From Octopus bimaculoides (taxonomy: Eukaryota), in the NCBI RefSeq assembly GCF_001194135.2, contig NC_068987.1, positions 94,705,036-94,769,035 on the forward strand: a stretch of 64,000 nucleotides of DNA, written 5' to 3'. Shown here in pieces: positions 1-64,000 of the stretch (the first letter of the stretch is position 1; every line of letters starts with the position of its first letter). A program made the translations under genes and the position numbers. Under the pieces are notes generated by a model. That model was given only the letters and a program-made list of their open reading frames with translations. It was not told the DNA's origin and searched no databases.

Positions 1-805
1 TATAATATATGAGGGCAATAAGATGAAAGTTTTTTAAATGCAGAGGTGCTATTGGAACAACAGAAATACTGGGTAAACTACCCTTGATCCCCAGAAAAAT
101 TTGTCAGCAACCAGCCATGGGACTCAAAAACCATATCCCTCAAAGACTCCAGCTGATAAATCTATCCATCAAATTAGAGTCTAAATAGTATAGCTTTTAT
201 AAAACATCCATGTGTGTATAAATGTAAACAAAAGAATATTTGTTGCTTTATTAGAGGCGTTGAAATGTGTATTGCATGATGCAGTTAAGAAAATGAAATG
301 TTTTCAAATGAAGAGTTGCCATTAGAACAGCAGAAATACCTTGCAAGGTAGAAAAATTTGTCAACAACCAACCGTGATCCTATTTATGGCATACAATGCA
401 CCTTTCGATGCTTCTAATAAAAAAAAAAATATTTCTTTGTTTACATTTATACACACATGTATGTATGTATATACGTATGTATGTNNNNNNNNNNTCTCTG
501 CCTTGTGTTCATATATGTATCTTCATGCCCATGCATATGTCAACACACTCACACACACACACACACCTCACCTTTCTTTCAAATCACCAGCTACCAGTTT
601 TTTTTTTTTTTTTCTTGCTTTTGTTTTTGTAAAACAAACCCAAATTGTTTGCTGCTAATGGGTTGGGTTTGTGGAAAGAAGGAACTTTTAAATTTTGGCA
701 ATGCCATTTGGCTGACTCTTGAAGTTAAAATGTTAGCAGACTTATTATTAGCAAAAACTATATTTCACAGCTTTAAATAATTGCCTGAATACATTACAAC
801 TGTAC

Positions 806-841
<36 letters not shown>

Positions 842-986
842 ACCAGCCAGGAGTTATCAAATGTGATGATATGTGGAAAGTATATTGTGAAAAAGCAACA
901 AAAACAAAAGTTAATAACAAATGTTGTTTTGGAATGGTATTGTGTTACACTTTTAGTTTCCCTTTCTTTGTGCGTGTGTGTGTGTA

Positions 987-1025
<39 letters not shown>

Positions 1026-1322
1026 TTAATTTTCTTTTGTCTTCCTTTTCTTTCCCATCATTATTTGATGTAAAAGGAAAACTTGTTAAAGACACATTTT
1101 AAAGACATACAATTTGCTTGTGTTGAGAGACATAGTTTTATTGATTAGTAATTAAATAATTATAAATATAGAAATGATGATGATAATAATGATGATGGTG
1201 ATGCTGTTTTTCTTAAGCAGGTAGAGATTTTGTCATTGTTACCTTTTTATTGAGGCACTGCCAAAATATGATGACTGAAACCATTTTTTGTCATTTGCTC
1301 GGCTGTAGTCATAGGAATGGTG

Positions 1323-1364
<42 letters not shown>

Positions 1365-2497
1365 GTAACAAAGATTTCTTTTGAATGGGCATAAAACTAC
1401 AGATTTGTTTTGACTTCAAATTTGATATTGTAACATTGTTGCTATTCTTCAGAATATTATCAGTGGAAAAGAATTGAGATGGCTTTGTGGTGGTAGTAGT
1501 AGTAGTAGGCTTGATTGTCATTGTCTTTATTGTGGTAGTAGAAACAGAAAGTATTAGAGTCTTGCAGCCTTTTTTCTGCTTGTGGGTTTTTACTTTCTAA
1601 ATCGAAATCCCAATGTGAGAGATTTTGCTTTTCATCTTTCCAAGTTGATAAAATAATATACCAGTCCATTACTAATGGTTATAATTGTTTCCTTCCCACA
1701 AATTGGCACCTTGTGCTTATGTAACAACGACAACAACAACTGCAACTACTACAAGATAGTTATATGTGGAATAACGTAGATGTTTTTTATAGTATGTGAT
1801 AAAAGAATCCACTGAGGCTGCTCTGTGATGATAATATTGCTACACTTGTCTGAGACATATCTAAGCAGTTAGAGAGTGAGGTCACTGCAAATCACTTGCA
1901 TGTCAGAATAAAAACAGAAAAATGAAAGTTTATGCCATCTTTTCTAATAGAAATATCATTTGGAAGGAATTAGAAAAGTATAAGAAGTTTTAAATAGAAA
2001 AGGCAAGATGTTGGATATATATGGGCAATTAATAAAATACCAAGAATGATTAATGCAGTGGATATCATAAAAAGAAGAGGTAAAAAAACGTATCAGGACT
2101 TGCAACTTTATACCCATTTCCAAAATATTCTTATTAAACATATTTTATACAAGATCTTAGTTTTCAATTGACTCCCATACAACACATGCAACTTCCAAAG
2201 ATGAAAGCTTCCATTAAACAAGAAAAAACCAAAACTATGTTATAACAATATGTCTCAATTTTGTTCAAACCAGATTGAACTTGTAAACTTTCTAAATGTC
2301 GATGGAGATTAGGAACTTGTTTTGTTTCCACTTTAAAATCTGTACTCACTGTTTTGCTTCAGATGGAATGAAAGCTTAGAAATTGAAATTATGTCTCTTT
2401 CAATCTGAATCCTTACCATCTGTCATACAAAGCAAAAATGGGAAAAGTATTTTAAACTAAGCCTTTACTTGATTTTCTTTTTTTTGCCTTTAAACAG

Positions 2498-62704
<60,207 letters not shown>

Positions 62705-62869
62705 GTCAGTTTTTTTGTTGTTCTCCCATTCTCTTGCTCTCTGTAAAATTAAGCAGAGAGATAGATGGATTGGCTGATAGTTAAAATTTAGAAAGCTTAA
62801 CAAATTGATTGATAGAAATAGAAATATAACTTAGAACAGTTTCAGACATTATTGGCCCAGGCCATCACT

Positions 62870-63790
62870 AACTTAATAACACCACCTAGGGACACCGTTT
62901 AAGTAATGTTTTGGAACATCATGAACCATTTGAGCAAAGAGTTGCTTTTGGCTGAGATGTACCCACAAGTTGGTGGTCTGTGTGGTACTTCTTGGAGGAC
63001 TTTGTGCAAATACCATTTGAAGGTTGTGGGGTCTTTTTTGTTTTTGTTCATTAATTTCCTTCAGGAAAACATTGATTAGGGCAGCACCATTCAAGGTAAA
63101 AGAAAGTTGTGTTGTTATGTTCTTATTTGATGTAAACTTGACTTTTGTAGGGAGTGCTTGGCACAGGGGTCCTAGCCTTGTGTGACTCATAAACTCGATA
63201 ATGACTTTGCTTGGATAATACTGGTGGAATATTTTCCACGTTGTTCAAATAATGTAGTGCTCAGGATGGCATTGGATAGAATAGACTTTCAGATTTTGGA
63301 TGTGAGCCCAATAATGAAGGCTTATCATGCCATTCAGTTCTATTTCTGTGTTTGATCTTTGTCATGCTTCAATGCTCATATTTTGTTTTGTGTAGGGGAA
63401 CCACAATGTGCTTCAGTAATTGAGGTCGGTCCTCACAGATGTGGAATGGAGAAGGATAAGGATTTCATAATGTGTAGACTGAAAAGTTCTGAGAATCCAT
63501 GCACACATTCTGTGGGCCAAAATGACATTTTGTTGGTGTGTGCATTGCAGCTAAGTTTCTGATATCATTTGATGGTACAAGTAGGTCTCCCAATGGTATG
63601 AATATGGTTGTTTGGGTATGCTCTCTTTTCCAAGGTGGATGACTCAAAGATTTCCTCATTCAGCTGCATATTGTTTACCTGTGCCCACTAGGTCACTGCG
63701 TATAGATCTGATTGAAGTTTCTTTCAATCATGAATCTCTGAAGCTTAGATTTATCTGCAAAGACTGTTGTGGTGCTATGTTTGATGAAAT
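62870..63790 (-). mobile_element. CR1/L2-group LINE reverse transcriptase 3' relic
   Basis: Manual minus-strand translation gives VFADKSK (63744-63764, decayed FADD), LQSDLYAVT*WAQVNNMQLNEE, RMCAWILRTF...VRTDLNY*STLWFPY and HYWAHIQNLKVYSIQ...WKIFHQ...HTRLGP. Many stops and frameshifts. Confidence 0.78.
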
Positions 63791-64000
63791 CTGCAATGTC
63801 ATTTTGATTGATAAAAAAATATATTTGTTAGATTGAGATGTTTCAAGCAATACAAAATATGGCTCATTATAATGGTTTCTCAGTCTGAACCCTACAGAAA
63901 TGTGCTTCCCAATCAGGGTAGTCTCAGGTTCATAAACTCGACAATTAAACTAGAGGCTAGGTTTTACCCAATTTGTATTTAAAGTTTAATGATGTTAAAT

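Overview
AT-rich, microsatellite-dense animal genomic DNA with many assembly gaps. The repeat families and gene structure suggest an octopus, but that is an inference. The whole window lies inside one + strand teneurin gene (Ten-m/Ten-a/TENM family). Nine GT-AG exons (2498-2757, 4630-4750, 10556-10660, 26787-26981, 36922-37134, 50297-50479, 55159-55305, 57044-57251, 62585-62704; 1552 nt) splice in frame. They encode the extracellular linker, all eight EGF repeats, the Cys-rich Ca-binding region and the start of the following beta-rich (TTR/FN-plug) region; the 5' and 3' exons lie outside the window. The introns hold RTE-clade LINE fragments in both orientations, tRNA-derived SINEs (some in head-to-tail arrays), two Tc1/mariner transposase fossils (one measurably DD41D), two MITEs, and relics of CR1/L2-group, Hero-like RLE and Penelope-like retroelements. 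The most unusual observation is an 89-bp-arm inverted repeat at 30547-30730. Each arm carries a minimal type I hammerhead ribozyme motif with a palindromic stem III: near-intact in the pre-mRNA sense (30651-30694) and decayed on the opposite strand. No CRISPR array, rRNA or true tRNA gene was seen.
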